Source: Podarcis vaucheri (Eukaryota). Taken from it: DNA of 64,000 nt. The stretch lies in the NCBI GenBank assembly GCA_965113315.1, contig OZ220364.1; one strand, given 5' to 3'. Position 1 is the first letter of the stretch, and every line of letters begins with the position of its first letter. Position numbers and translations under genes: made by a program. The notes beneath the pieces are model-generated. The model was not told where the DNA came from and ran no database searches. It saw nothing but the letters and a program-made list of their open reading frames with translations. This document shows, in pieces, positions 50,262-63,571 of the stretch.

Positions 50262-53200
50262 TACCATGGAGTCTGCAGCAATGCTCTCCAGAGATAAGTT
50301 ACATAAATTGGAATGGATTTAGGAAGTTACAACCAACAGCAACCTTAAGATGAACAGAACTGTTTTTTTCCCTGCAGCATTTTGTGCTGCTTGCTTGATT
50401 TAAGGAGTTTGAAGCCTGGCTCCAAGTGTATTAGAACCTTGAAACTTTTAATTGAAGTGAGAATGGAGGCAAAACAGGATAGTATCACAGGGTCTCTGAA
50501 GCTAATAGCTATCCTTGAGTTCAGATAAGGACACAGCATTCCCATGGTTGGGACGAACACAGGATGTCTTGCTGTATGCCTTATTTCAAAAGGGTGTGTG
50601 TGTGTGTGCTAGAGAGAAATAATGCTAGGATAATACAACGCTGCAGGCAAACAGAAGGATAATGTATTTTCTTGGCAAAAGTCTGCTGTAAAAACTGTGG
50701 ATGGACAAACCTCAATTTCTGCTGTCTCTGTGGTGCCTCTTAACTCACTGAATGTCCTCTCTGCCTTACATGACCACTTTGCATTTAGATTTAGAAATGC
50801 CCTTCAAACTTTCACTGTATGCTATTGCTATCCATCTTTCAGGAACTTGCACTACCCCTCATGGACCAATAGCAGAAAGCAACAGAAGTCAGTAGGTTTG
50901 ATTGTCCTTTTTCTCCATCCCTTCAAAAGGAAGTTTTTATACACCCCTCTTTTTTTGAAAGGAGGGGGGAAATTGTTAGGGATAGCAACTAAAAGCTACT
51001 ATGGCTCCAATATCAAGAGAGCTGGCTAGATCACATGGCAGCTACCACAAGTACTCGTTGATCACCTGTGTGCCAATCCCAGCTACTGCCGTTCTGTAGG
51101 ACAGCTCGTTTGCAGTTATGTGGGCAGTGCTGAGAAACCAATAGCAGGTCACATGGGGAGATCACATGGGGAGAGCGTAAGACTCTGCCCCTGCATTGCT
51201 TGTTGGCTTGCTCCCCAGGCTATCTGTGAGTCAGGGGCTTGTCAGTAAAGGGGAGGTCTGCAGGGCAGGCATGTATGTGTGGAATTGCTCGCTCCTCCTG
51301 GTTGATCTGAACATGAACAAACATCAAAATACAATTAGTATTCCCCACCCCACAACGTTTCACAATCAAATTCTGAATTTATCTCACAAGAGCAACATTC
51401 CTTCTATGTTGTGATATATTGACTTGGTTGAATATTCATTGCCGGCTTTTATTTTTATTACTTACAGAGATAGCAATAGAGCTAGAGCTAGACAGAGAGA
51501 GGGAGGGAGAGATAGAGGATAAAACACTAATTCAAATGTCTAAAGTGGCAGCTAACATGACTGACCTGCTTTAGTTTTCAAATGGGGTGCTGTACTCCAT
51601 CACAAAATCTACTACCTTTGAGAGAAGTCAAGTTTTCAAGCTCCCCCCACCCCACGTTTTGATAACAGGTTTTGACTATCATAAACTATTGTTATTATTA
51701 GATAATGTATTGTATATAAATGGTAAAATGAATATGATAAATAATAACATTTTATTTTATTCCATTCATGAATTGCTTCTTTCCTATAAAAAACATAGAA
51801 GCAATTTAAGAATGAAAACACTGATAATATAAACCTATATAAAACAATTTCATTGTAAAACTGTTCCAGAGTCAACACAGATTTTTGACTTCTTAAGTTA
51901 TTTATTACATGAGGTATTCATTAAGAGCAAGTCTTAGAAGTGAGGTAGTTCAGACATAGGGGAGAGAGAGAGATATATATGTTAACGACTAAAGCTAGTA
52001 AGCATTTGAATTACTCCTTAATTTAAATGGGTGAAATGGAAGGTGGAGGTGCATCTAGCAAGGGGGTAGACTTTCTATTTGCATTTTGTTCCCTTCCAGT
52101 TGTCTTCCTACATGAGTGGAGTGGGGCTAGGATAGATTATGTAGCTGGATGAGTGATGCACATAATCAACAAGGACACAACCTTATTGATCAAAATGTTT
52201 CTGTCTAGCCAAGCACAAAAGATTTACTCTTTGTGATTTTAAACTCATCTGTCTATAGACTTGAGCGAATCATTCCCCACCCCCTTTGCGTGTTATCAAG
52301 CAGGAGATGCCATCCTTTCATGTTGAAACTAATGAGTGGAGTTTCTGCTTTAGAAAATTAACGCTCTAAGTTGTGATGAAGGTTTTGTTTAATCACGCTG
52401 CTCATTTAAATGAGCTTTTGGTGGGGGGGGGTTGGTCATAAGGCTGAATTTCATGAGAACATGTATTTAATATGCATGATAATTGTGTTTTGGTTACAAG
52501 GCAACATGATGAAAAGCCATATTTTTTCATAATGATCATCTCTGGAGCAGGTATTAATTAGAAAAAGACTTTGGGAAAAACAACCTACGCTAGTGGGATG
52601 GGGGAGAGGTGTAATACTTGACAATAATCACCAGGATCCTTTTCAACAGGGTCATTGTTACTTGGCTGGAGAAGTATATAGAAAAAAATAGAAACATCTG
52701 GATTTCAAAGGATGATTGCATTTCAGTTCATGTATTGTTTCAGAAAGTGCAAATTAGGTAGAGTTGCCTTAAAATGTGAACTGAACGGAATTTCTCTCCC
52801 ATCCCTACTGTTGAATTACTGAAGCTGTTGAGACCAGGAGGAACCTATGCCAATGTTTCATAAGTTACTTTGCCATTACAGAAAAAAAATACAAATAACA
52901 TGGTAAGCGAGCGATCTTGCTTTCTCTTTATCATTCCTGCATATATTTCCCATTCAAATTTTAGTGTCTATGAAATACTAAAGAAAGCCAGCTTGTGCCA
53001 TTAACTGCAAAGGATACAATCAACTGGGTGGCCTGAGAGAAATGTTGGGACAGCCTCTCTGGGGTTACTTGCATAGGCATCCACAATATTATTATTGGGG
53101 GGGCAGTAAATACTCCACATCATATCTACAAATCAATATATATGCATACATATACAAGAAATTGCGAACAAGTATAAGATTTCGAATAGATCAGGTAACT

Positions 53201-53522
53201 GAGCAGTGAGGAGGCCTTGTTGGTGAAATATATATATATATAGAGAGAGAGAAAGAGACAGAGAGGGAAGAATACTTGGGTGCCTGGGTGTGGTGGCAAT
53301 ATACCATTTGTTTGCTTTTGCATTTAAAATTTTTAAAATCATGATAGCTGCCTTGGTAGTGTGCAAATGTATTAGATGGATACATACCACCTTAAACATC
53401 AAATCACAATGTTTTGAAAGTTGCTAATACAATGCCAACTCATGTAAACTCAAGCAGTATGGATAAATGGTCTCCACATAGGTCTGCAGATCCAAAGACA
53501 ATACCTAAAGAGCTGGTAATTC

Positions 53523-53566
53523 ATAGATAGATAGATAGATAGATGATAGATAGATAGATAGATAGA
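53523..53566. repeat. (ATAG)n microsatellite
   Basis: Direct reading; abuts the L1 3' end. Confidence 0.95.
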
Positions 53567-53572
53567 GTTATA

Positions 53573-54545
53573 CAATTTTTATTAAATTTTCTGCTTTACA
53601 TTTTTGAATATTCATTTAAAGGTAAAGGGTAAAGGGTAAAGGGACCCCTGACCATTAGGTCCAGTCGTGGCCGACTCTGGGGTTGCGGCACTCATCTCGC
53701 TTTATTGGCTGAGGGAGCCAGTGTACAGCTTCCGGGTCATGTGGCTAGCATGACTAAGCCGCTTCTGGCGAACCAGAGCAGCACATGGAAACGCCGTTTA
53801 CTTTCCCACCAGAGCGGTACCTATTTATCTACTTGCACTTTGATGTGCTTTTGAACTGCTAGGTGGGCAGGAGCAGGGACCGAACAATAGGAGCTCACCC
53901 TGTTGCAGGGATTCGAACCACCAACCTTCTGATCGGCAAGTCCTAGGCTCTGTGGTTTAACCCACAGCACCACTCACGTCCTGAATATTCATTTAGACAA
54001 CCTTAAAATACCAATGACTTCCCTTCTTCTCTTTCCATGGTTCATTTTGCATGTAAAATCCCTGCATATTTTACATAAACTAAACCAATCAGTATTCCAT
54101 TATTACATCCATCAAAACTTATTTACACTGTTGAATTTATCTTAGCTGCCAATGTTTTCAAGTGTACACAATTCCCCCCATATATTCAATAAATATTTCC
54201 CAATATTCTTTAAACTTATGTTCTTCTTGTTCTTTTATTCTATATGTTAGGTCTGCAAGCTGCGCATATTCCATCAGTTTAAGTTGCCATTCTTCTTTAG
54301 TTGGGATCTCTCTCGTTTTCCATTTTTGGGCTAACAAAACACAGAGCAAGGTAGTGGCATACATAGATAACTTTTTTTTTGACACCTGGGAATTTCCGTC
54401 TGAATCATCCCCAGCAAAAAGGACTCTGGTTTTTTGTTTTTTTTAAAAAAGTACTTTTAAACATTTATTTCAATTCATTATGAATTATTTCCCAGTGCTC
54501 TTTTATGCTTTTATAGGTCCACCACATATGAAAGAACGTACTCTC
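53573..54545 (-). mobile_element. L1 LINE 3' end
   Basis: TFFHMWWT..IKEHWEII (zinc-knuckle region) and LLAQKWKTREIPTKEEWQLKLMEYAQLADLT..FKEYWEIFIEY are typical of the non-mammalian L1 ORF2 C-terminus. T-rich end on the + strand. Confidence 0.85.
53619..53981 (-). mobile_element. Sauria SINE inserted in L1 3' UTR
   Basis: Full body in reverse with a (GGTAAAG)n tail. 14-bp TSD TGAATATTCATTTA at 53605-53618 and 53982-53995. Confidence 0.95.
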
Positions 54546-56552
54546 AAGAGCTGATGGTTCCTGGTATAGAGTTTCTTGGACATAGAACAATAAGAATTTC
54601 CAGGCTGGGGTGGGGAAATCTTTAATGCAAGGTTCCTTCTCTCCCCTCCGTCCCCTGCCTGGGTATGGACTTGCATGAATAGTTTCAAGTCTGCAGTTGA
54701 AGCAGCAGTACATAATTCTGTGGGTCTATGCAGGATTGGAATGGGGAAAGGACACAATTAACAGGGCTAATTAGGAGTCTTGATTTATCCCTGACAATTA
54801 GAAGAGAATTTTGCCCCCCCCCCCCCCGTGGGAGAGTAGTTGAGGGAGAAAGGCCTTATGATGATTTGCAATAATATTAAATATGGGACAAAATATTGAG
54901 CCTTGGCTGGGCCAATGTACAAATTGTTTATTTCCAGCTGAGTCTGATAATTTCTCCAAGGATCCAAAATAATTAAAACATACTTGTACCATGAATGAGA
55001 TGACAAGACCATCAGTTTGCGCTTCACAGCACTTTCCTATCCTCTTGTCCCAATTCAGGGTCTGAACATATTTCAGAATAACAATGTTTACATACAAACT
55101 AGGGGAGAGAGGGCTTTGGCGTCGGTGGCAGCAGCAGGGACCCACTCCATTTCCTCACTGCATGGCGTGTGCACAGCATTTCAGTATTGTTTTCCTCTCT
55201 CCAAAGTGATCATATTTCCCACACTGGTGTATTGGACTTTAAATTCTCATACAGCAAAGGGGGCAATTCACATAAACCATTGTGTGGAAGTGGTGGGTGA
55301 CTGTGTTTGTGATGAATGGTGTATCGGCAGAAAATCAGTTTTCTGTTTGCTTAGCCACCACCACGGAAAGCAGGTCACTATACCAATGATAAATGTGCTT
55401 TGGGCAGTTTTGCAGTGGTGCAGTGACCTGCTTTGTGTGCTCATGTGCGTGTGGCAAAACAACCAACCACAGATCCAGGCAGGGTTCAGTAAACAAGGTA
55501 ACCCACAACATTGCACTGCGGAGAGGAAGAACTCAGGGAGTGTAGGATATGGCTGAATTTCAATCTTGAAATTATTGCATGAATAATCTCAAGAAGTGAA
55601 GCTTTTGGGGGAATAACAGCACTTGGTAAATTCTATACAAAACGCCATATTAACTAAGACCATTTGAAAATAGCAACTTATTAAGACTCACAGTATTCAT
55701 TGTAGATATCGCCAAGCTTGCCCATGCTCACCTTGGGCTGATTCTGGAAAAAACCTGAGTTTCCCCCCAAAATGAATTGGGGATAGCTTAGTCTATCTCC
55801 TAAGTCAGTCTGGGGTTTCTGAAAATGAACATTCTGTGGACCCTGTAAACCCAAGTTTTCCCCACGGAGATGAGTGAGTTTTTAGCCCCACACTAAAATT
55901 CTCAAAATGGTTCTTCAAAATGGCCCCATCTGCATTTGAATGTCCAATACAAGACACATTCTGAGGTGCATTATTAGATTTAGAGCCACAGTCTTTGATT
56001 ATGCAATAGGTATGCACACGAAAAGCTACTTCCATACACGGATCTCTTTAGCCAAATGGGGCCACTAATGCCACATGCTTGATCTAATCAGTGCTCTGAA
56101 AGTTCACTGGCATCACTAAGTTTCGTTTGCAATACATTCTTACACCACTATGTGCAGACTTGCATCCCATCCCAAAAGTGGGGTGGCCTATCAGATGATC
56201 TGTGAGATTTCCAAGCAGTACTATAGTGTCTGGATGGTTCTGTTTTGGTGGGTACCTTGAGGCACATGAGTCCACTGCCATGTCCTGAAGCTCACAGGGT
56301 GATAATTGATGTCAATTCTTCAGTAATATCAGGGACATTGTTGACTGGAACCCTGTGAAATCTATTATTCTGATTATTATTACTATATTTATCTATACTC
56401 CACCTTTTCCCCTGATGGGACTCTAGGCAGCTTCCAGATAAAAACACCTTGGGCATGTATGCGTGTGATTCATTGCAGTCTTTTAAAGCTTCAAAGAATG
56501 GAAAGAATTTGTGGTGATTCATCTTATGAGTGCTGTTGAGTATTCCTTTTAA

Positions 56553-56933
56553 GGGAAGTGGGTGGCGCTGTGGTCTAAACTACTGAGCCTTGGGCTTGCC
56601 AATCAAAGGGTCGGCGGTTCAAATCACCACAACGGGGTGAGCTCCCGTTGCTCGGTCCATGCTCCTGCCAACCTAGCAGTTCAAAAGCATGCCAAAAGTG
56701 CAAGTAGATTAATAGGTACTGCTCCGGCAGGAAGATAAACGGCATTTCTGTGCACTGCTCTGGTGTCAGTGTTCCGTTGTGCCAGAAGTGGCTTAGTCAT
56801 GCTGGCCACAGGACCCAGAAAAACTGTCTGCGGACAAACGGCAGCTCTCTTGGCCTGTAAAGTGAGATGAGCGCCACAACCCCAGAGTCGTCTGTGAGTG
56901 AACTTAACTGTCAGGGGTCCCTTTACCTTTTAC
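56553..56933 (+). mobile_element. Sauria SINE
   Basis: GGG..GTGGGTGGCGCTGTGG head, GGTTCAAATC B-box, CCTTTACCTTTTAC tail; collinear with the copy at 7696. Confidence 0.95.
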
Positions 56934-57466
56934 ATGGGTCCTTCTGAAGGCATCAGTGCCAGGGCACAGTCCAGTGCAATCAGCCTTGCCCATGCAGTTG
57001 GGTTATTTAGCTGCAGCTCCCTAAACATGATCATAAATAAGCACTCTCATATACTACACTACATTTAAAAGAAACCTTTGGGTGAATTTACTACACTCAT
57101 GGAGGAGGTGATATATCTGGGTTTGGAATCAGAGGCAGAGAAAGTTAGACATGACTAAAGTCCCATTGATTTCAATGGAATTATGGCACAACTGGTGGGT
57201 TTCCTGTTTTTATGCTGCCTAGCGACAAAATATGCCCTCATTGAAGAAGCATCTATTTCGCTTCAAAAACACTCACTCCTTCCACCCCCTTCCTACAGTG
57301 TGTGAGAGGGGGAGGAGAGGCAAACCATTCCTTGGGAGAGGAGGAGAATGAATATATCTTACACAGCCAAGCAGCCACAAGCGAGAACAGCACAGCCCCA
57401 TTGGTGAACAGTCCCAGAATAACAATTACTCTATATGAATAAGAAAAGGTTTCACATCCACTAGGC

Positions 57467-57956
57467 CAGTGTTTCCCAACCTTTTTTGGGCAAAGGCACA
57501 CTTGTTTGATGAAAAAAATCTCGAGGCACACCACCATTACAGCCCCGTGACGTCAGCGCGCAGCGTCACGCCGGGAGGGACGCGCGAAAGTGTAAGTTTC
57601 AATTTTTTCCCCTCCCCCTTGCCGGGGAACCTCCAAGCTTTGGGGGTGGGGGGGGAGGAGGCAGCATAGCGAGGCAGGAAGGAGAGCGTGGCTTGGCTGG
57701 GTGAGCTTTGGCAGGGGCAGGGAATGAGAGCCGCGAGGCGGGCGCTGCGGACGGAGGCGCTGCCCGCCGAGCTTGCAGGCAGCCAGGCAGGCAGACAGAC
57801 GGTGAGAGCCCCGCGCTGGGCGGCCTCTCCTCGCCGCCGCCGCCCCGCCTCTCGCCGCCCGACTCGCCCGCCTCCCTCCAGGCAACATCTCGCGGCACAC
57901 CAGGCAACATCTCGTGGCACACTAGTGTGCCACGGAACAGTGGTTGGGAAACACTG
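57467..57956. mobile_element. Non-autonomous hAT-Charlie-like element with GC-rich cargo
   Basis: TIR CAGTGTTTCCCAACC; perfect 8-bp TSD CACTAGGC (57459-57466 and 57957-57964). Confidence 0.93.
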
Positions 57957-58857
57957 CACTAGGCTTCTTTCATTACTAACAGCCAAAATTCTAGACAGAA
58001 TAAAAGTTACTTATAGTAAATGCAAAATGCATTACATTTTACAGTTAGGAAGATGAACCCCATGTTCACAGTGGGGGTTTTTTAAACAGGCTTTAAGAAA
58101 ATTTGTGTTTTATGTAGTCGGTTTCTTTGAACAGCACCTCTATACTCCTGTCAGAGAAGCTTGAATGAGAGGAAATACCCCTCTTTGGAATGGCTTGTTT
58201 TCTAAGCTATCTTTTTGTGTATGTGAAGCCCAAGAGATCCAATTGTATGGCTTCTTTCTATCCATTCCTGTATGGCTTTTCTTTATCTGATGCACATAAA
58301 AATCTACTTCTGTTAAAAAAGAAAAAAAAAGTACTGCAACATACCTGATGTCAATAATGTTAGACACCAGGAGCCTGAGCTAACTTTCAGACAAAGCTTT
58401 CCCATTTGTAAAAAAAGCTTTGGCAGTGTGAATCACAGTTGGTTTTCATGGAAATCAAGCTTTTCGGGAGGATTTGCAAGTGTGCTTCAAAGAGGTATCC
58501 ATCCTGCTTTTCGTCCCAACAGGCTTTTCTGCCGCTGTTTTTGGGTTTGCCCAGAAGTGTTGAAAATACATCTGGCAGCACTGAGTGACTATAAAAGTGC
58601 ATCTTATTAATATCAGAGAGCGATGCCTGGTGGCATCTCTTTTGTTCAGTCTGGTAGCCTACAGGATATTTGCTAATATGAAATTGCCTTGCGAATGAGG
58701 CAAACCTAATAAAAATAGTGCCTGATCGCTCAAGTTCAACAGATGCCATTAAATAATTGAGATGAAATATTGACCAACAGCCAACTTACGTATGTACTTA
58801 TTGGTACGAGCTTCCTTCTCTGTGTAGTTATATGTTTGCACCTTGCCTATAATACCT

Positions 58858-59099
58858 CAGTGGTACCTCAGGTTACATAGACTTCAGGTTACATACGCTT
58901 CAGGTTACAGACTCCACTAACCCAGAAATAGTACCTTGGCTTAAGAACTTTGCTTCAGGATGAGAACCGAAATCGCACAGTTGCAGCACGGCAGCGGCGG
59001 AAGGCCCCATTAGCTAAAGTGGTGCTTCAGGTTAAGAACAGTTTCAGGTTAAGAATGGGCCTCCGGAACGAATTAAGTACGTAACCAGAGGTACCACTG
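58858..59099. mobile_element. Tigger/pogo-like MITE
   Basis: TIR CAGTGGTACCTC; right TA present, left TA absent. Confidence 0.9.
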
Positions 59100-60029
59100 T
59101 ACAAAATGTGGTGGAGGCAGTATTCATGGCTATATATACAGCTTTCCTGGTCCCTTTTTCAGTGGGGATGATCTTGCAAATTATTCACATGGCAGGCCCT
59201 TGACACCAGTTAGCTTGTAAGCACGGCCTGGGCAGATGGAGTGTTCATATAATCCAAAATATTCATGAAAGCTTCCAACTACCATGGCGGCGGGGGCGGG
59301 GTGGTGGAGAAATGCAATTTCACTAAGTGTGACTTAGCCACAGGTGTGGCTTAGCCACAGATATGGCCAAATTTGCACCATGCATTTAACACACTGTTAT
59401 ACCACTTTAACAGTCATAGCTTTCCCCACCCAAAAGAACCATCTATTTTGGTGACTTGCTATAGATCTGCTCATGCAATATGACCCACCCTGTGCCCACA
59501 GGTGCACAACATATAAGTATCTGAAGATCAAATACTGTACTGATTGATTCAAGCAAGTGAGCCAAGCCAAGCTCCACACAGGAAGCAACAGACCCAAGAA
59601 ATTTGAGAGGAGATAGTATCACTTCACACTGCTAACTAAACTTTGCACTAAAGAACAATCTCTTCCAGCAAACTGAATTTTGCACTTACAAACCTGAATG
59701 ACATGACCCACATATTTTTGCAAAATGAACAGAAGTGCATGATTTCTCTAATTTTGCATAATCAATGGCTCAATTCCTTTTAATATTTGCATAATTTACC
59801 CCCCCCCGTAACAATAACAAGAATCTATGCGAGCCATAGAATGCCCTCCCACCTTTCTGGCTTCTGAGATTTCAGCGCGTATTGATTTACAAACATCTCT
59901 TCAAAACCACAAGGACTAGAAATTTGTTTTTGTTCTTAATGAAAGCAGAGAGTTTGCAGAATTCTGCATCTGTTACAGGATTATACGTGTCCTCACAGAG
60001 AATCACAGCAAATCACTGTTCTCCCAGTA

Positions 60030-60255
60030 CAGTGGTACCTTGGGTTAAGTACTTAATTCGTTCCGGATGTCTGTTCTTAACCTGAAACTGTTCTTAACCT
60101 GAAGCACCACTTTAGCTAATGGGGCCTCCTGCTCCTGCCGCACCACCAGAGCACGATTTCTGTTCTCATCCTGAAGCAAAGTTCTTAACCCGAGGTAATA
60201 TTTCTGGGTTAGCGGAGTCTGTAACCTGAAGCGTATGTAACCTGAGGTACCACTG
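60030..60255. mobile_element. Tigger/pogo-like MITE
   Basis: TIR CAGTGGTACCT, TA TSD within a palindromic target CAG-TA-CTG. Confidence 0.92.
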
Positions 60256-60884
60256 TACTGTTTGCTTAGTTTTTGAAACTTCCAGAAGGGTAACCATGAT
60301 GGTTTATCAGTTAAGCACAGCAAAAGACTTAATGGGGTCAGATAGCAGTATTAAATCCAAGCAGTGGCATGCATGTGACAATTCAATGTGGCAAAACAAT
60401 TAAATGAAGGAAGGAAGGTACCAATAAGAGGAAAAGGGCAGGAGGAGGTTAAATCTCAAGTGTGCATGCAAAAAAGCTGCTATTGGCTCAGTGTATTTCG
60501 AAGAACATTTATTCAAGTGCACTACAAATAAGAAATAACATACATAATACTTTTTTTAAAAAAAATAATCTACAGTATAGGAAGGGGAAACAATTGTTTA
60601 AACTGCCAATGTAAAAGGAGAACAAGATCTATTTAAAACTTTGATAATAGGAAAAATAATATCCACATTAGTATGATGGGCTGATCTGTCAGTCTTGGTT
60701 CTTCTCTGTTTCTCATTTTCCCAATCTTAACTTCGGTTCTCCAGTCTTAAATTCAGTGCTCACAAGGGTGATGTTCATGTGAGAAGGAAGACTTGATTAA
60801 TGTAGACTGTGAGGTCAAGAATGAATATAGGAATCATTCTGGTCTGTCACTAATACATACTTCACACATTGCATAATTAAACTA

Positions 60885-61115
60885 TGGAAAAGACAAATTC
60901 ATGGATGGTCAATCTCTTAATGGCTATTAACCCCAATGTTTATGTTCTACCTTGATTGCTGGAGGCATTATGTCTCTGAACACCACAGGAATCACAGGTA
61001 GGGAAAGTGTTAAAGCACTCAGGTACTGTTGTGGGGCTTCCCAAGGGCATCTGGCTGTCCACTGTGAGAACAGTGTGCTGGACTAGATGAGCAGATGGGT
61101 TCTTCTAATGTTCCT
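60885..61115 (+). mobile_element. CR1 3' end
   Basis: GACAAATTCATGGA..AATGGCTATTA...CCACTGTGAGAACAG.GTGCTGGACTAGATG...TTCTAATGTTC. Confidence 0.7.
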
Positions 61116-62911
61116 GTCTGATATTTTAGTCCATTTGCACCATGCATTACACAATATTAAAAGGTTTTGCCTCATATCTATATACTTTCTGTATTTGGTC
61201 CTCTGCAAGGACTAGCTGACATGATGAAAAGTCCAAAGACAGGTATGGCTACTGTGTGCAGTTTTCCTCCCTGCTGTCCTACTGCTGAACCTCCATTTTT
61301 GCTGATTCTATAAAATGAGTTGAGACTATAGAATCCTTTGGATACCCTCTAGCAAGAAAATGCTTTTGTAGCTATGACACCTCAAATTTATAATTCTATA
61401 TATCAGAACAATCATGTCGGAAATGTGAAAATTGCCTGAGTCGAATTCTGTCCTTTATGACAACAATAAATTAAATAAAATAGGTGTGCATATCTGTGAT
61501 TTCTAAATACATTTGTTCAAAAATGATATTATTATTTGATTACCTATACATACAAACTTATGGAGTTAATCTATGTAAAAAACCCCAATACTTTAATGAA
61601 TCTGTAGCTCCTTGCCATATAATAATAATGATTTTAAAACATCAGTGCAGTAGCACCTTCAAAAAAGCAGCTATAGTAGAAATGAACTGACTGAGGAAAG
61701 GAGATGTTGAGACTCAAAATCCCCCATATAGAGGTTGACTCCTTGTTGATACCAGTGTTATGTCCTGTGATCAGACTATTGTCATGTTAGTTTCTGCATG
61801 ATGCTCAGTTCAAGAGGTATGTCAGTGAGCCTATTTTGTCTTTCAATATATTGCAGCCACCAAATATTAACACAGGGCAATTCAGGGACATTTTTTTCTC
61901 TTTCCATTTGCAGGTAGGTTGGTGCATAAGGTTGAATGACTTTGTTAGGGTCACATTATCAGAGGTTGTCAAAAATCAAAATGAATCATAAGTGAAAGAC
62001 TGAGCGGAAAAACTGTAACACTCCAGAGAGGATGACCATTGAAAGCACTTTTGTATGCATTTAAAGAGGTGGTTTCTAATGGTTAAATTGTCATTTTCCC
62101 AAAATGCAAAGAAAAATAGAGCCTGCTAAAATATCCTATTCAGCGTAGGAAGATTTGATGGATCATAATTTCCACTTCCACCCCATACCACATCCCAATG
62201 TGCCAAGTTTAAATATAATCATCAACTGATAAATGAAAGCACTTTTGTTTAGAGTTATATTAGACACAGTGCACATTATGCCATTGCAAAACCAGAAAGC
62301 ATCATGCAATGCTGCTCACTTAAATCGGTGCCAGTCCTGACAGAGTAAGAAGCTTGCAAAAACAATACTTCTGCTGAGATGAATGCCCACCATTCTCCCT
62401 GGGTTATGTATAACACATTCTCAGATCCTCTGCAATGAGTGTTTCAGGAGAGAATAAGCACACAAAATAGCTTTACGTGTCAAACAGTGGCATATGGTAA
62501 TTGCTAGGTGATGTTTATGGCTAAATCTTAACAGGAAAAGAATTTGGTGCATCAGTCAGTCATTTTGCTACTTCCCTTGATGCTTTTTTGAGGTGACTTG
62601 AAACAGGAACAGAAAAGCACTCCTGATTTTATATGGATTGCAACCAAATCACAAACAAGTTCAATGACAAATGACTTCATTTCAAGTGAAGACGAGTCCT
62701 CCGCAGACATTCAAAAGAGGAGATAATGAGTGCATGGAGGTCTATATATGGCATCCTTATGACTGTAGCTCAGTGGTCAAGCATCTACTTTGCATACAGA
62801 AGGTTCTAGGTTCCCAGACAGGGCTGGGAATGTCACCTGACTGAACCCCTGGAGAGCTGTGTCAGTCAATGTAGACATTACTGTGCTAGATAGACCAATG
62901 TGGCACTCCAC

Positions 62912-63330
62912 TTTGGTTTTTTTTTTAATTATTAAAAATTAAAACAAAACATATTATCCAGAAACATATCATCCTTATTCTCACCCCCATTTTTCCTCCC
63001 TCCCTCCACCCTCCCACACAACCCCCACCCCCGACTTCCCTCAGTTCCATTCTTTGATTTCTCTGAGAATGCTGATTTCTGCATGTTACAAAGTTGTATA
63101 GATTCTCAAACTATTTAGCTGATTATTATCAATAAAGAGTTTGTGAATGTTTATTCAAAGCCAGCCAAGGAGTCCAGTCCGCTTTGTTGTGTCTTCAAAG
63201 ACTTTGACTCCTCAGCTAGCACCTCTAGCTCGTGTCTACGTTCTTTTCCTCCACTCAAAAAATTTAATAGGTTCATCCTGCCTGACAAACCCCCTAAGCA
63301 CACCTAGCTATTTTTATAGCCAGGCCCTCT
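62912..63330 (-). mobile_element. L1-type 3' UTR fragment
   Basis: Poly(T), C-rich tract and the GACTTCCC motif shared with the L1 3' UTR near 54016. Confidence 0.5.
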
Positions 63331-63514
63331 CTGCCAGTTAAACTGCCAAATTCCCTTTACTGTCTCACTTTCTCCCAAGTAGCAGTCGTCCCCCCCCCCC
63401 CCGCCGCCATGATTAGCTAAGGATCTCCATGGTGAAGACCCAATGGTCTGTCCATCACAAGGAGAAGGTAACCTGGTACTCACAATATTATATGAAGATG
63501 CAAACACTGTCCCT

Positions 63515-63522
<8 letters not shown>

Positions 63523-63566
<44 letters not shown>
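63523..63566. repeat. (AC)n microsatellite
   Basis: Direct reading. Confidence 0.95.

Positions 63567-63571
<5 letters not shown>

Noticed and set aside
55017-55556. 179-aa ORF (also 7..441, 35376..35717, 41348..41737)
   Set aside because: No recognisable family motifs; composition looks like translated non-coding DNA.
57537-58056. Overlapping GC-rich ORFs
   Set aside because: Same reason: low-complexity Ala/Arg/Pro/Gly translations mostly within a hAT element.
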